Part shown: positions 39,330-49,177 of the stretch, one piece after another
Position numbering within the stretch: the stretch's first letter is position 1
Layout of the letters: each line of letters begins with the position of its first letter
Assembly (NCBI GenBank): GCA_963706585.1
Contig: OY970169.1
Location: 503,086 to 567,085, forward strand
Length of the DNA stretch: 64,000 nucleotides
Direction: 5' to 3'
Source: an uncultured bacterium
Lineage (GTDB): Bacteria > Babelota > Babeliae > Babelales > Babelaceae
Program-made: the position numbers and the translations under genes
The notes under the pieces: generated by a model
The model's input: the letters and a program-made list of their open reading frames with translations, nothing else
Databases searched by the model: none
Told to the model about the DNA's origin: nothing

Positions 39330-39926
39330 ATGACATTCTATACTAACCGATTTCTAAGTATGCAAACTAGTAACCATAAAGAGCTACCAATTTTTACCAT
39401 TGGGCACTCTACTCGTCCCTTAGCTGATTTCATTGCTATCTTAAAGGCATATTGCATTCAAGAAGTCATTGATATTAGAACTATAGCTCGCTCAAGACAT
39501 AATCCACAATTTAATGCTGAAGAACTTGAGCATTCCCTTAAACAGGAACTTATTGGCTATAAACATATGATTGGTCTTGGAGGCTTACGCCATACTAAAG
39601 CTGATTCACTTAATACTGCATGGCATAATCGTTCCTTTAGAGGATTTGCCGATTATATGCAAACTACTCAATTTCAAGACGCTTTGGCTGAGCTTATAAA
39701 GCTAGCTCAATTAAAACAGATTGTTATAATGTGTGCTGAAGCAGTACCCTGGCGCTGCCACAGATCCCTTATTGGTGATGCATTGCTTGCTCATAATATA
39801 GTAGTAAACGACATATTCAGTCTGCATCAATGTAAAGTTCATCAACTTACTCCTTGGGCAGTTGTGCATGAAAAACAAGTTACCTACCCCAAAAGCGCTT
39901 TAAAAAAAGCAAAGTCTGAGGCCTAA
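39330..39926 (+). CDS. DUF488 family protein
   Basis: LPIFTIGHSTR...ADSLNTAWHNRSFRGFADYM...MCAEAVPWRCHRSLI is the DUF488 signature. Confidence 0.7.
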   Translation: MTFYTNRFLSMQTSNHKELPIFTIGHSTRPLADFIAILKAYCIQEVIDIRTIARSRHNPQFNAEELEHSLKQELIGYKHMIGLGGLRHTKADSLNTAWHNRSFRGFADYMQTTQFQDALAELIKLAQLKQIVIMCAEAVPWRCHRSLIGDALLAHNIVVNDIFSLHQCKVHQLTPWAVVHEKQVTYPKSALKKAKSEA

Positions 39927-40259
39927 TTCCCGCGCAGCTTGTTGGCACTATAAAAATTATTTTGGCTGCTCATCCCCCTTCGCTAAAAGCTATGGCGGAC
40001 AGGTTATGGATTTGACTATGCTTCGCTTCGCCCACCACGAGCGGCTTTGAGATTTTTGAATTATTGATTTATATAAACTGTTATACTAAGAGCACTTGCT
40101 CTTGAAATGCCTAAAAATAAATTTTGCTCTGAATGCTCTCCAGAATAACCTTGCGTCATTCAGGTTATCACAATCCGCTGGTGGTGAGCGTAGTCGAACC
40201 ATATGAGCTGTCCTATTGGACAATGCTATTATCTTCTACCTGATGAAGGCTTATATGCT

Positions 40260-41132
40260 TTAATCAGGGGACTTGGAAAACCAAGGGAAAAATATACTTG
40301 TTCTTTTTTTATATTCTTGAAATCGTGGGTTAGCTGAAAGTGCTTTCTCTGTCCAAGGAATGCCTGTTACAAAAAGTAAGAGTATGGTAATAGTAACCGG
40401 TGCGATGATGGTGACAAAGCTATAGGGAACTTGAAGAGCAATGACATAAATACTCCACCACATAACTACTTCACCAAAATAATTAGGGTGTCGGCTATAA
40501 CGCCAAAGCCCTTGATCCATGATCTTGTCCTTGTTGGCCGGATTGCGCATAAAATTATAGAGTTGATAATCACTTACCGATTCGAACGTGAACCCGATAA
40601 ACCATGTACAAATAGCAAGAAAATCAAGCCAATTGAGAGGAATAGAAAATGTTCTTGTGCTTATATTAACGAACACTATAGGGAAAGACATAATTAACAG
40701 CAATACTAATTGCAGAAAAAAAACATAGCCAAAACTTTTCATAAGCGACAAGAAACTGAGATCTAGATGCCATTTTGTAAAGCGTAGATCTTTGCCAGTA
40801 TATCGAATAGCCAGATGAGTATTCATGCGCAAAGCCCACAACCAGATGAGCGAAGTTATTACTAGAGATCTTGGTGAGGCCGGGAAAATCGTAAGGAAAG
40901 CTAAAAGCGCACACACACTTCCCCAAGTAAAATTCGCTATGCTATTGTCCCGCTTGAAATAGGCAACTAATGCGGTGAAAACTAGGAAAAAGAAAAACAA
41001 ACATAGAGAAAACCAAAAACCAAAGGTAAGGCCGTTAAAAATTATATCACTCATAATGAACCTTTGAAAGCATTGTGCAATATTATTAATTATGTAGCAT
41101 AGAGGCAAAATACAAATCAAGGATAGAAGCAA
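40260..41132 (-). CDS. DUF1295 / steroid 5-alpha-reductase-like membrane methyltransferase-family protein (probable start near 41054)
   Basis: Multi-TM protein with LWRYSRHPNYFGEVVMWW, the ICMT/DUF1295 motif. Confidence 0.6.
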   Translation of the reverse strand: MLLSLICILPLCYIINNIAQCFQRFIMSDIIFNGLTFGFWFSLCLFFFFLVFTALVAYFKRDNSIANFTWGSVCALLAFLTIFPASPRSLVITSLIWLWALRMNTHLAIRYTGKDLRFTKWHLDLSFLSLMKSFGYVFFLQLVLLLIMSFPIVFVNISTRTFSIPLNWLDFLAICTWFIGFTFESVSDYQLYNFMRNPANKDKIMDQGLWRYSRHPNYFGEVVMWWSIYVIALQVPYSFVTIIAPVTITILLLFVTGIPWTEKALSANPRFQEYKKRTSIFFPWFSKSPD

Positions 41133-41182
41133 TGCGCTTTCAAAAGTGCAAGCAAATCATGAGCTAGATACGACTTTGAGTG

Positions 41183-43195
41183 CTAGACGCCTAGCTCCTT
41201 AAAGAACGCATCCGGATTTGGCTCGCGACCTAAGAAGGCAGTTATCAGCTCATAGGGATGTCTACTGCCACCTTTGCTTAAGACTGAGCTTATATATTTG
41301 CTACCAATGGTAGGATTTAGCAATCCCTCTTGCTTGATAGCGGTGAACATATCAACAGCAAACACCTTAGACCATAAATAACCGTAATACTTAGCTCCAT
41401 AACTCGTAAGGTGACCAAATGACGCGTAAAAATGGTAATGCTCATCAAAAGCTACACGATCAATTGTTGAGGGATACAGTTTCTTTTCAAGGGCCATGAC
41501 ATCTTTTACTTGTCCCTCTTTAAAGCAATCAAGTGAAAGAAAGCTTAAGAAGATTTGGCGCTGTAAAAAATAGCCAATATCAAGATTTCTGAGCTCAAGA
41601 ATTTTGGTAATGAGCTCTTTTGGCAATGGTTGTCCAGTTTTATAATGCTTACTTACTCGGGTTAAAATCTCTTCATCCCACATCCACTCTTCAAGCATTT
41701 GAGAAGGCATCTCGACGAAATCCCGTTTTACATTAGTTCCTGAGAAATAAGCTAGTTCGGTTGAACCTAAGATGCCATGCAATGCATGGCCAAATTCATG
41801 AAAAAAAGTAATGACATCATTTCTAAAAAGAAGCGCTGGTTTGTGCGCTGTTGGCCGAGGGAAGTTAACTATAACAATACCAACGGCGGGCCAAAAGTTG
41901 GTGGCATGAGAAATCGTGGGTATCACATCTATAAAGCAAGCATGTTTATATTTACTATCGCGCGGGAACATGTCTAGAAACAAAATTCCCAGAAGTTTAG
42001 TCTCTTTTAGTACTTTAATAGCTATAATTGTTGGATCCCAAGCATTGCTTACTGGTTGCTTTTCAAAGGTTAGCCCTAAAAATTCCTGATAAATAGCAAG
42101 CAATTGGTCGATGGTATGCTCAAGAGGAAAATATTCAGCAATAGCCATCTCATCGATCGAGAAAGATTGCTTTTTGTAGTGAGCTTTAATAAAAGCATAA
42201 TCCCATGGCTTGACCATGCCGCTCTCGGTCAACGTTGCCGATCGAGGCATATCTTTTAGCATAGCCGTCATTTCAGTATCAGCCTTTTTCTTACAGCGAA
42301 CTAACAATGAATTGAGGAATTTTTCTACCGTTTCTATGGTTGCTGCCGTTTGGTTTTCAAGATCATACTCGGTAAAGCTTGTGTACCCAAGTAAGCGAGC
42401 TAATGAATTGCGCAAGGCGATTATGCTATCGAGCTCTTGTTTGTTTGCGGGGTAGGCGCGGTTAACAAAAGCTGTCCATAAGGTACGACGAGTTGCTTCA
42501 ACGGTGCAATACTGCAGAACCTGATCAACAGTAGGATAATCGGTTTCAAGAATAAAAAGTTCTAGCCCACTTTCTGTTTCTCGCTTTAGCTCTTTAATAA
42601 ATTCTTCCGTTAATCCTTGAAGCGCATCTTTTTTCACCGTTATATGGCGATTATCAGTGGCTATGTTTCGATCAAAATCAAGCGCATGTTGACTAAGAGC
42701 TTTTTGAATGTCTTTAAGCTCTTGGTGGCTATGATTATCTAACTCTAAACCATTTCGCTTAAACGCTTTTTCCATTTCTTCAAGATAGTACACCTGTTCA
42801 TTATTGAGCCGATCAAGCTTAGCTCGAGCCATAAATGCTTTAAAAGCTGCATAGAGCTTGCGATTTTGAGAGAACGTATCAATATAATAGTTATTAAGTT
42901 TAATCAAGCTGTGATGAGCTGCTTGTCGCATTGCTTTATCTGGGTGCACCATTTCAATAACATGCAATGCCGTCGAAGTGACACTAAAGGATGCGACAGC
43001 ACTATCTATGGCGCGAGCGGTGTTATCAAAAGTTCTTGCAGAATCATCAATGGTGCAGATGGTTCCAATGTCTTGACCTGATTGCTGTATTGCTTTATTT
43101 GCGCGTTCATTTATCTGATCAACGGTACAAGGGAACAGTGCTAACGCTTCTTCAATTGAGTGTATTTTGGGTACCATACCTGTTCCTCTTAGCAA
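41183..43195 (-). CDS. M3-family zinc oligopeptidase (oligopeptidase A / thimet-like)
   Basis: 670 aa with HEFGHALHG (HExxH) and a downstream Glu ligand region (EMPSQMLE). Confidence 0.8.
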   Translation of the reverse strand: MLRGTGMVPKIHSIEEALALFPCTVDQINERANKAIQQSGQDIGTICTIDDSARTFDNTARAIDSAVASFSVTSTALHVIEMVHPDKAMRQAAHHSLIKLNNYYIDTFSQNRKLYAAFKAFMARAKLDRLNNEQVYYLEEMEKAFKRNGLELDNHSHQELKDIQKALSQHALDFDRNIATDNRHITVKKDALQGLTEEFIKELKRETESGLELFILETDYPTVDQVLQYCTVEATRRTLWTAFVNRAYPANKQELDSIIALRNSLARLLGYTSFTEYDLENQTAATIETVEKFLNSLLVRCKKKADTEMTAMLKDMPRSATLTESGMVKPWDYAFIKAHYKKQSFSIDEMAIAEYFPLEHTIDQLLAIYQEFLGLTFEKQPVSNAWDPTIIAIKVLKETKLLGILFLDMFPRDSKYKHACFIDVIPTISHATNFWPAVGIVIVNFPRPTAHKPALLFRNDVITFFHEFGHALHGILGSTELAYFSGTNVKRDFVEMPSQMLEEWMWDEEILTRVSKHYKTGQPLPKELITKILELRNLDIGYFLQRQIFLSFLSLDCFKEGQVKDVMALEKKLYPSTIDRVAFDEHYHFYASFGHLTSYGAKYYGYLWSKVFAVDMFTAIKQEGLLNPTIGSKYISSVLSKGGSRHPYELITAFLGREPNPDAFFKELGV

Positions 43196-43208
43196 GACTA
43201 GTTGTCTT

Positions 43209-44018
43209 TCAACCTATAACACCTTTTTGGATAATTAAGCAATAGCGCAATGCAGTAAGATCTGCTAAAGGCTTCATAGTAATGGTATAATGGAATTCAT
43301 CAAGGCGGCAAGCTGTTATTAGGCCAAGCCCAAAACCGCGAGGAAAAATAATACCTTCGCCGCTGGAAATAACCATGTCATCTATTTCAACTTTTTCTAA
43401 ATGATTTACAAAGCTAAGCTCAGTGAAATCCAATTGATTACAGCCTTGGTGAATGCCTTGAACGCCTGTTTTGGAACAATAAGCGGGGATCTTGCAAAGC
43501 TTATCGGTAATTAAGCGTACTTTGCTATAGTAGGGGTAAACATCGCAAATGCGACCAATGAGACAGTTTTTAACGACAACTACCATATCGCAGGTAATCC
43601 CTTTATTGCTACCTGCATCAACTAAATAAAAATGCGCATTGTCATCAAAGTGCTTGAGCAAAATTTGAGCAGTTATTGCTTTCTCTTGAGTATACCGTTG
43701 AGCAAATTCACGCAGCTCTTTAGTTTCTTCATCATAATTCTTTATCTCTTGCTGTTCAATCGATTGAGCAACTAACTGTTCGTTTTTTTGCTTATATTCA
43801 GTAAGTAGTTGCTCGAGTTGCTTATGCGAATGCCAGTGAAGCCAAGCATTTTTTACGGGAGCAATGCAAGTTTGCTCTAGTACTAAGAAAGGATATGCTA
43901 TTCTTGAAACAAGCGAATCTAAGAGTCCTGGCGTAAAAATGAATGCCCGATAGACACTGAAGGCAAAAAGAGTTAAGCAGCAACTTACATAGAATAATTT
44001 TCTTGCTCCAATAATCAT
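43209..44018 (-). CDS. mreC: Rod shape-determining protein MreC
   Basis: N-terminal TM, a coiled coil, then a beta-rich C-domain with YLVDAGSNKGI...VVVV pattern. Confidence 0.55.
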   Translation of the reverse strand: MIIGARKLFYVSCCLTLFAFSVYRAFIFTPGLLDSLVSRIAYPFLVLEQTCIAPVKNAWLHWHSHKQLEQLLTEYKQKNEQLVAQSIEQQEIKNYDEETKELREFAQRYTQEKAITAQILLKHFDDNAHFYLVDAGSNKGITCDMVVVVKNCLIGRICDVYPYYSKVRLITDKLCKIPAYCSKTGVQGIHQGCNQLDFTELSFVNHLEKVEIDDMVISSGEGIIFPRGFGLGLITACRLDEFHYTITMKPLADLTALRYCLIIQKGVIG

Positions 44019-44028
44019 ACAACGTACA

Positions 44029-44601
44029 TTAGCTTTCTTTTTTTATAGAAATCAAGCCAAGACGCGAGAGCTTCAAAATACACAAGCCACCCAGGCTTAT
44101 GCCGCCTATCAGTATGAGCGGCTTTATGATGCTTGCGAGTGTTGTATGCCTGATTGTTGGTTTGATAGGGGTACTATTTTTTTTCCTGTTCGACTTTTTT
44201 GATTGAGGTGCGGGAGCTTCATCAGAAAAAAGCTGACGGCGTGCTGTAGGGGCAAAGCTAACCGATTTTCTCTTATCATTGCCATTTTTAAATTTACCTT
44301 TTCTTGTAGTGCAAAAGACTTTTGATCCTTGGGGAGTGAATTCAATACTTACGATGCTAATAGTGTGGTTTTCATAGGTACCCTTCACGACTGAGCCTTC
44401 ATAAGCATAATTCCCGCTTTCCGTTGGGCATTTTTGCTTAAATCTATTGTCCCGTTGGATTTCTGCTAAGGTAAAGCTTTCAATATCAGTGCGCTCTTCC
44501 GATCCTAACGGGCTATCGGCATCCATCATGCAAGATAACCCAAAATACGCAATTGCAGATAAGAATAACAACGTTTTTTTCATAGGTTCCCTCCTTAGCA
44601 T
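44029..44601 (-). CDS. Putative lipoprotein
   Basis: Signal peptide with lipobox-like GLSC. The C-terminus has a basic low-complexity tail and a TM. Confidence 0.45.
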   Translation of the reverse strand: MLRREPMKKTLLFLSAIAYFGLSCMMDADSPLGSEERTDIESFTLAEIQRDNRFKQKCPTESGNYAYEGSVVKGTYENHTISIVSIEFTPQGSKVFCTTRKGKFKNGNDKRKSVSFAPTARRQLFSDEAPAPQSKKSNRKKNSTPIKPTIRHTTLASIIKPLILIGGISLGGLCILKLSRLGLISIKKES

Positions 44602-44736
44602 GTAGCTACAACCATTGTCAATATTAAGTCATTATATCAACAAAAATGCGAAAAGATAGAGCTTTCGAAGCTATACACAGAGAGCATAACATGATAAGCT
44701 AATGAAAAAGCAAAAAAGGTACTAGATAAAGAAATT

Positions 44737-46713
44737 ATGACAGATTTAACAAAAAAGTTTTACGTAACTACACCAATTTACTATGTTACTGCCAAGCCAC
44801 ACCTGGGTTCATTGTATTCAACGCTCTTGGCTGATGTGGCTGCGCGGTGGTTTAAACTGCGCGGGCGAAATGTTTTTTTCTTAACAGGCACTGACGAGCA
44901 CGGTCAAAAAGTTGCTGCAGCAGCTTTAAAAGCCGGTAAAGAACCAAAAGCATTTGTCGATAGTTTTATTGATGCGTTCAAAGACACCTGGCACAAGTTC
45001 CATATAGACTACACCAAATTTATACGTACAACCGATGAATACCATGTAAAAGGAGTACAGCTCTGGCTACAGCAATTGCAAGCAAGCGGTGATATTTATA
45101 AAGCTGTTTATAAGGGTTGGTATTGCACGCCATGTGAGACATTCATCACTGATAAAGAATTACCAACCGCTGCTTTAGGGTCGGATAATGCCAAAGAAGG
45201 TGGTATGCAGGCAATGCCAGTGTGTGGCTCTTGTGCCCGACCAACTGAATTTCTTGAAGAAGAGTCTTATTTTTTTAGACTTTCCGCCTATCAAGATCGG
45301 TTGCTAAAATTTTATGAGCAGAATCCCCATTTTATCGTTCCACCGGAAAGAAGGCATGAGGTAATAAACTTTGTGCAAAGTGGTCTTAGAGATTTGAGTA
45401 TTTCTCGCACTACCATTACCTGGGGCATACCTTTTCCTGGTGACATCAAGCACGTTACCTATGTATGGGCAGATGCGCTGAATAATTACATAACAGGTGT
45501 AGGTTTTGGCGATTCAGCTAAAAGCAAAGAATTTAACTATTGGTGGCCGGCTGATTTACAGGTGATGGGCAAGGACATCGTTCGCTTTCATGCTATCTAT
45601 TGGCCAGCATTTCTTATGGCATCTAAGCTTGCCTTACCTCAGTGCTTACTTGTGCATGGATGGCTGAAAGTTAATAATCAAAAAATGTCTAAATCATTTG
45701 GCAACGTTGTAGACCCGCAAGATCTTTTAGCCATCTATGGAGCCGATGTCGTACGATATTATTTAGTTCGCTATATGGCTATTACCCACGATGCTGAATT
45801 TAGCACAGCTGATTTAGAGCAACGAGTAAGTGCTGATCTTGCCAATGATCTAGGTAACTTATTAAATAGGTTGGTAATGCTTGCCCATAAATTTTCTATC
45901 TATGAAGCGCATCCACCTGATGAATGGAATGGCAAGGAAAAAGAGCTACAAGAACATTTTTACGTGATGTTGCAAGCTTTTATCAAAGATATGGAATCTT
46001 ATTATTTTTATAAAGCATATGGGCACTTGTGGAAATTTATTAACCAGGTAAATGCCTACTTCCATGAGCAAGAACCTTGGAAAAAAGGGTTGACTGAAAC
46101 CACGCACTTTAAGGTGATCCTTTCTGCTACTGCGCATGCGCTTAATGCCATTGCTACCTTAGCATTGCCGGTAATGCCTGAAAAAATGACCGAATTGCTT
46201 AAAAGCTTAAGCATTGAGATTGATCATACTTCTGGTGTAGATACTATTAAAAATTTAACGATGACTGGCTGGTCACGAGTATTTGTATTTCAAAAAATTC
46301 CACCATTATTTACCAAATATGAGACTAGAAAAGAAACACCAATGGAAAATAAGCAACAAAGCAATCAATCAGCAGAACTGGCAAATGATATCACGATTGA
46401 AGATTTGAAAAAAGTAGAATTAGTGGTAGGAACCATTATTTCTTGCGAACCAATCGAAAAATCGGACAAATTATGGAAATTACAAGTTGATTTTGGCCCC
46501 AAAGGTTTACGACAGATCCTTAGTGGGATTAAGCAATTTTATAGTGCTCAAGAACTTATTGGCAAGCAAGCAGTGTTTGTGTATAACTTGCAGCCGCGCT
46601 CTATGATGGGTAATGAGTCGCAGGGGATGATTTTGCTGCCAAGCAATGCCCAGAACAAGCCAGTTTTAATCAGCCTGCAAGAGCCCGTCCCCAATGGAAC
46701 TCGCTTAAAGTAA
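44737..46713 (+). CDS. metG: Methionine--tRNA ligase with C-terminal tRNA-binding domain
   Basis: HLGS (HIGH-type) and KMSKS motifs, a zinc-knuckle CTPCE..CGSC, and a C-terminal EMAP/tRNA-binding domain. Confidence 0.9.
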   Translation: MTDLTKKFYVTTPIYYVTAKPHLGSLYSTLLADVAARWFKLRGRNVFFLTGTDEHGQKVAAAALKAGKEPKAFVDSFIDAFKDTWHKFHIDYTKFIRTTDEYHVKGVQLWLQQLQASGDIYKAVYKGWYCTPCETFITDKELPTAALGSDNAKEGGMQAMPVCGSCARPTEFLEEESYFFRLSAYQDRLLKFYEQNPHFIVPPERRHEVINFVQSGLRDLSISRTTITWGIPFPGDIKHVTYVWADALNNYITGVGFGDSAKSKEFNYWWPADLQVMGKDIVRFHAIYWPAFLMASKLALPQCLLVHGWLKVNNQKMSKSFGNVVDPQDLLAIYGADVVRYYLVRYMAITHDAEFSTADLEQRVSADLANDLGNLLNRLVMLAHKFSIYEAHPPDEWNGKEKELQEHFYVMLQAFIKDMESYYFYKAYGHLWKFINQVNAYFHEQEPWKKGLTETTHFKVILSATAHALNAIATLALPVMPEKMTELLKSLSIEIDHTSGVDTIKNLTMTGWSRVFVFQKIPPLFTKYETRKETPMENKQQSNQSAELANDITIEDLKKVELVVGTIISCEPIEKSDKLWKLQVDFGPKGLRQILSGIKQFYSAQELIGKQAVFVYNLQPRSMMGNESQGMILLPSNAQNKPVLISLQEPVPNGTRLK

Positions 46714-46952
46714 GTAATCAATTTGTTAATCTCCATTAGCTCTAAGTCTCTGCAGCTTTTGTCGGCAATAGCAAAATTCTTCTATCAGGAAGCTAAAAAT
46801 CTAAGCCTGGTTATACAAATGTACTTTGCCAGGTCTGTACTATTTTCTAGTGCCATAAAAGCTTTCGAAACTAATAATGTTGACTTTTTAAGCAAAATTG
46901 AAATAGTATAATAATTATAAAATGAATAATTATTTATTAATAAGGAGATATT

Positions 46953-47348
46953 ATGAAATTTTTTAGTATACTATTGCTGGTAGGTGGTATTTTTGGCTCA
47001 CAAGCTCTCAATGGCATGAACCAGCCTACTCCAATGAGAGAAGCTGGTATTTGGAACTTAGCAACTGGTGAAAAAGCGGAAACACCTCATGAGAGAGCAA
47101 TACGTCTGCATCCAGAAGAAGAAACCAGAAGGCAGGCTGAAAGAGCGCAGAGAAAAGAAAGAGAACGTCAACTACAGCAGCGTTACGGTGCTCCACGTTC
47201 ACCTGTTAAGGCTAGAAGAGGTCCTCTACCTTATGGTGCCCAAGCCGGACAAGAAACAGCACAAGGTCGCGCAACTCAGGCCGGTGAATTACAAAGACAC
47301 TATGGGCCAGGACTACTTGAAAGGCGTGAAAAAGTGAATTTACCTTAA
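46953..47348 (+). CDS. Secreted Arg/Gln/Glu-rich low-complexity protein
   Basis: Signal peptide MKFFSILLLVGGIFGSQA followed by ETRRQAERAQRKERERQLQQR... Confidence 0.5.
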   Translation: MKFFSILLLVGGIFGSQALNGMNQPTPMREAGIWNLATGEKAETPHERAIRLHPEEETRRQAERAQRKERERQLQQRYGAPRSPVKARRGPLPYGAQAGQETAQGRATQAGELQRHYGPGLLERREKVNLP

Positions 47349-47373
47349 CTTTAGATCACTTAGTAGTTAATGA

Positions 47374-47408
47374 AAAAACGAGCAATTCATGAATCGCTCG
47401 TTTTTTTA
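47374..47408. terminator. Bidirectional rho-independent terminator
   Basis: aaaaaacgagcaattcatgaatcgctcgttttttt: a stem acgagc/gctcgt flanked by an A-run and a T-run, between convergent genes. Confidence 0.65.
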
Positions 47409-47447
47409 TACAAAAGTTTTATATGCAACTGCTTTTTGCTTTAGTTC

Positions 47448-48134
47448 CTAATTTTGTGCTTGATTTGCCTTGCTGTGCTTTATGGCATAGTTTGCCAAAG
47501 CGATGAGCAAGCCCAATACAATTCCTTTTTTTATCAATGGCTGGTAGAAAGCCCCTTGGCTAGGATTATTATCAAAATCTGCAGAGCCTCGTTCAAACTT
47601 TTCTTTTTGTTGCTTAACAAACCCCGGTCTAATTGTATCACCGAGATTTTTGTTGCTGTTAAGCTGCTCAACTAAACCTGGTTTTATCGTTTCACACAGA
47701 TCACCATTGCTATTAAAATAGTAGACAACATCGATGGTTCGAGTGCTTAAAGAATGCCTAAAAGCACGACAACCTTTAAGCTTAGGAATGTTTAAAGTAG
47801 CATATTCAGAATCCTCTAGCTCACGAAATTCCGGATCCTGTTGAGCATACTTCACATCAATCAGTTTCGAATACTTTGATCCCGCTGGATATAAAGTTCT
47901 TGCGAATGCATTACTATAACCTTGACGCCATCCTTTTCGAGGGCTGGGGCTACTTTTTGTGCAGTTGCAAGTATTGGTTGCAAGTGCCGTTATAGCTAAT
48001 ACAGACAGACTTAGTAGATTTCGGTATTTTGTCATAAGCAATCTATTCTTTCTTGCGGCTTGCCGAGCTATCTGTGTCATGAGGGACATGTGTTTGGGTT
48101 TCGATCTAAAACTTAGATGAGCAACCAGACCCAC
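47448..48134 (-). CDS. Secreted hypothetical protein, 228 aa
   Basis: N-terminal signal/TM segment LLSLSVLAITALA. No family recognised. Confidence 0.45.
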   Translation of the reverse strand: MGLVAHLSFRSKPKHMSLMTQIARQAARKNRLLMTKYRNLLSLSVLAITALATNTCNCTKSSPSPRKGWRQGYSNAFARTLYPAGSKYSKLIDVKYAQQDPEFRELEDSEYATLNIPKLKGCRAFRHSLSTRTIDVVYYFNSNGDLCETIKPGLVEQLNSNKNLGDTIRPGFVKQQKEKFERGSADFDNNPSQGAFYQPLIKKGIVLGLLIALANYAIKHSKANQAQN

Positions 48135-48212
48135 TCAAGCCCCAAATACCAGTGATACCACTATTAATTATAGGTATTTGCCCGCAATTGTAGAAAATAT
48201 ATTGCAATTTGT

Positions 48213-48575
48213 CTAGTTCTTGTCTTGTATTTTGTTTAATTGCTTGAGTTGCTTGGCAGACATTTTTCGAAAACTGCGTTTGAATGATTTTTTCAGCAAG
48301 CCAGATGAATCAAATTCATAAATGATTTTTATCTTTTTTTCGGTATTTCTAACAACTTTATAATATACCCGCCTGAATGATCGACCGCCCTCTTGCGTAG
48401 GAATTTCTTTATATTTTTCTGGTTCTTTCAAGACTTCTTCTAGACTCATAGCATTGGTCTCGGTACTAAGATCATAAGGCTCGGAGCATCGCTCGGCTAG
48501 CCATCGATTCTGAGCTTTAGCATGAAAAATGATAAGTAGTAGGCTATATGCAATTCCAAGCAACATCTTTTTCAT
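48213..48575 (-). CDS. Secreted hypothetical protein, 120 aa
   Basis: Signal peptide MKKMLLGIAYSLLLIIFHAKA and a basic C-terminus. Confidence 0.45.
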   Translation of the reverse strand: MKKMLLGIAYSLLLIIFHAKAQNRWLAERCSEPYDLSTETNAMSLEEVLKEPEKYKEIPTQEGGRSFRRVYYKVVRNTEKKIKIIYEFDSSGLLKKSFKRSFRKMSAKQLKQLNKIQDKN

Positions 48576-48759
48576 AAAGTACCCTTTCTTTACGAGTAAT
48601 AGTTAACGATTACAGTGTAAGATACTCAACTTAATTATGCAAGCGTATGGTTGTTTACTCAAGAGAAGGTATAGTGTTTTTCAGGTTAAGGAAAAAAAGA
48701 AGATGAAGTTGAAACTTCGTCTTCTTTTATAGGATTATTAATCAATAAGCTTTCAGAGC

Positions 48760-48978
48760 TTAGGCAGTTTTCATATTTTTGCCTGCCATCTTGGCATCTT
48801 TATGAGCGCGTTTATGATGTTTTGCATGACGTTTTGCATCTTTATGACGTCTCTTTTCATCTTTTTTTCTATCTTTAGCTTGCTCGTAGCCAGTGCTCGA
48901 GTGATAGCTTTGATGCATGCTATAGGTAACGCCGAACCCACAAAGTACGGTCATCAGTAACAATAAATTCAATTTCAT
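48760..48978 (-). CDS. Secreted His/Lys-rich small protein, 72 aa
   Basis: Signal peptide followed by KDRKKDEKRRHKDAKRHAKHHKRAHKDAK. Confidence 0.45.
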   Translation of the reverse strand: MKLNLLLLMTVLCGFGVTYSMHQSYHSSTGYEQAKDRKKDEKRRHKDAKRHAKHHKRAHKDAKMAGKNMKTA

Positions 48979-49093
48979 ACCCTGTCCTTTCTGTTTTTAA
49001 ATTATAAAATTAATATATTACAATTACCAGTCTAATAGAATTATTTTATGGAAGTCAATACTTAGTATTACTAAAGGTAAGATTTATCTTATG

Positions 49094-49177
49094 GACCAGG
49101 TTCGGCAACTTGGCATGCCTTAGATGAGCAGAGGAGCGATGTCTCGCCCGTTTTTAGCTGTGCGTTTTTAAGGGATC
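49094..49177. repeat. Degenerate tandem duplicate of the last approximately 80 nt of the topA coding sequence, just after the topA stop
   Basis: 49100-49172 matches 49200-49272 at about 85% identity (catgccttagatgagcagaggagcgat...tttagctgt.cgtttt). Confidence 0.7.
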
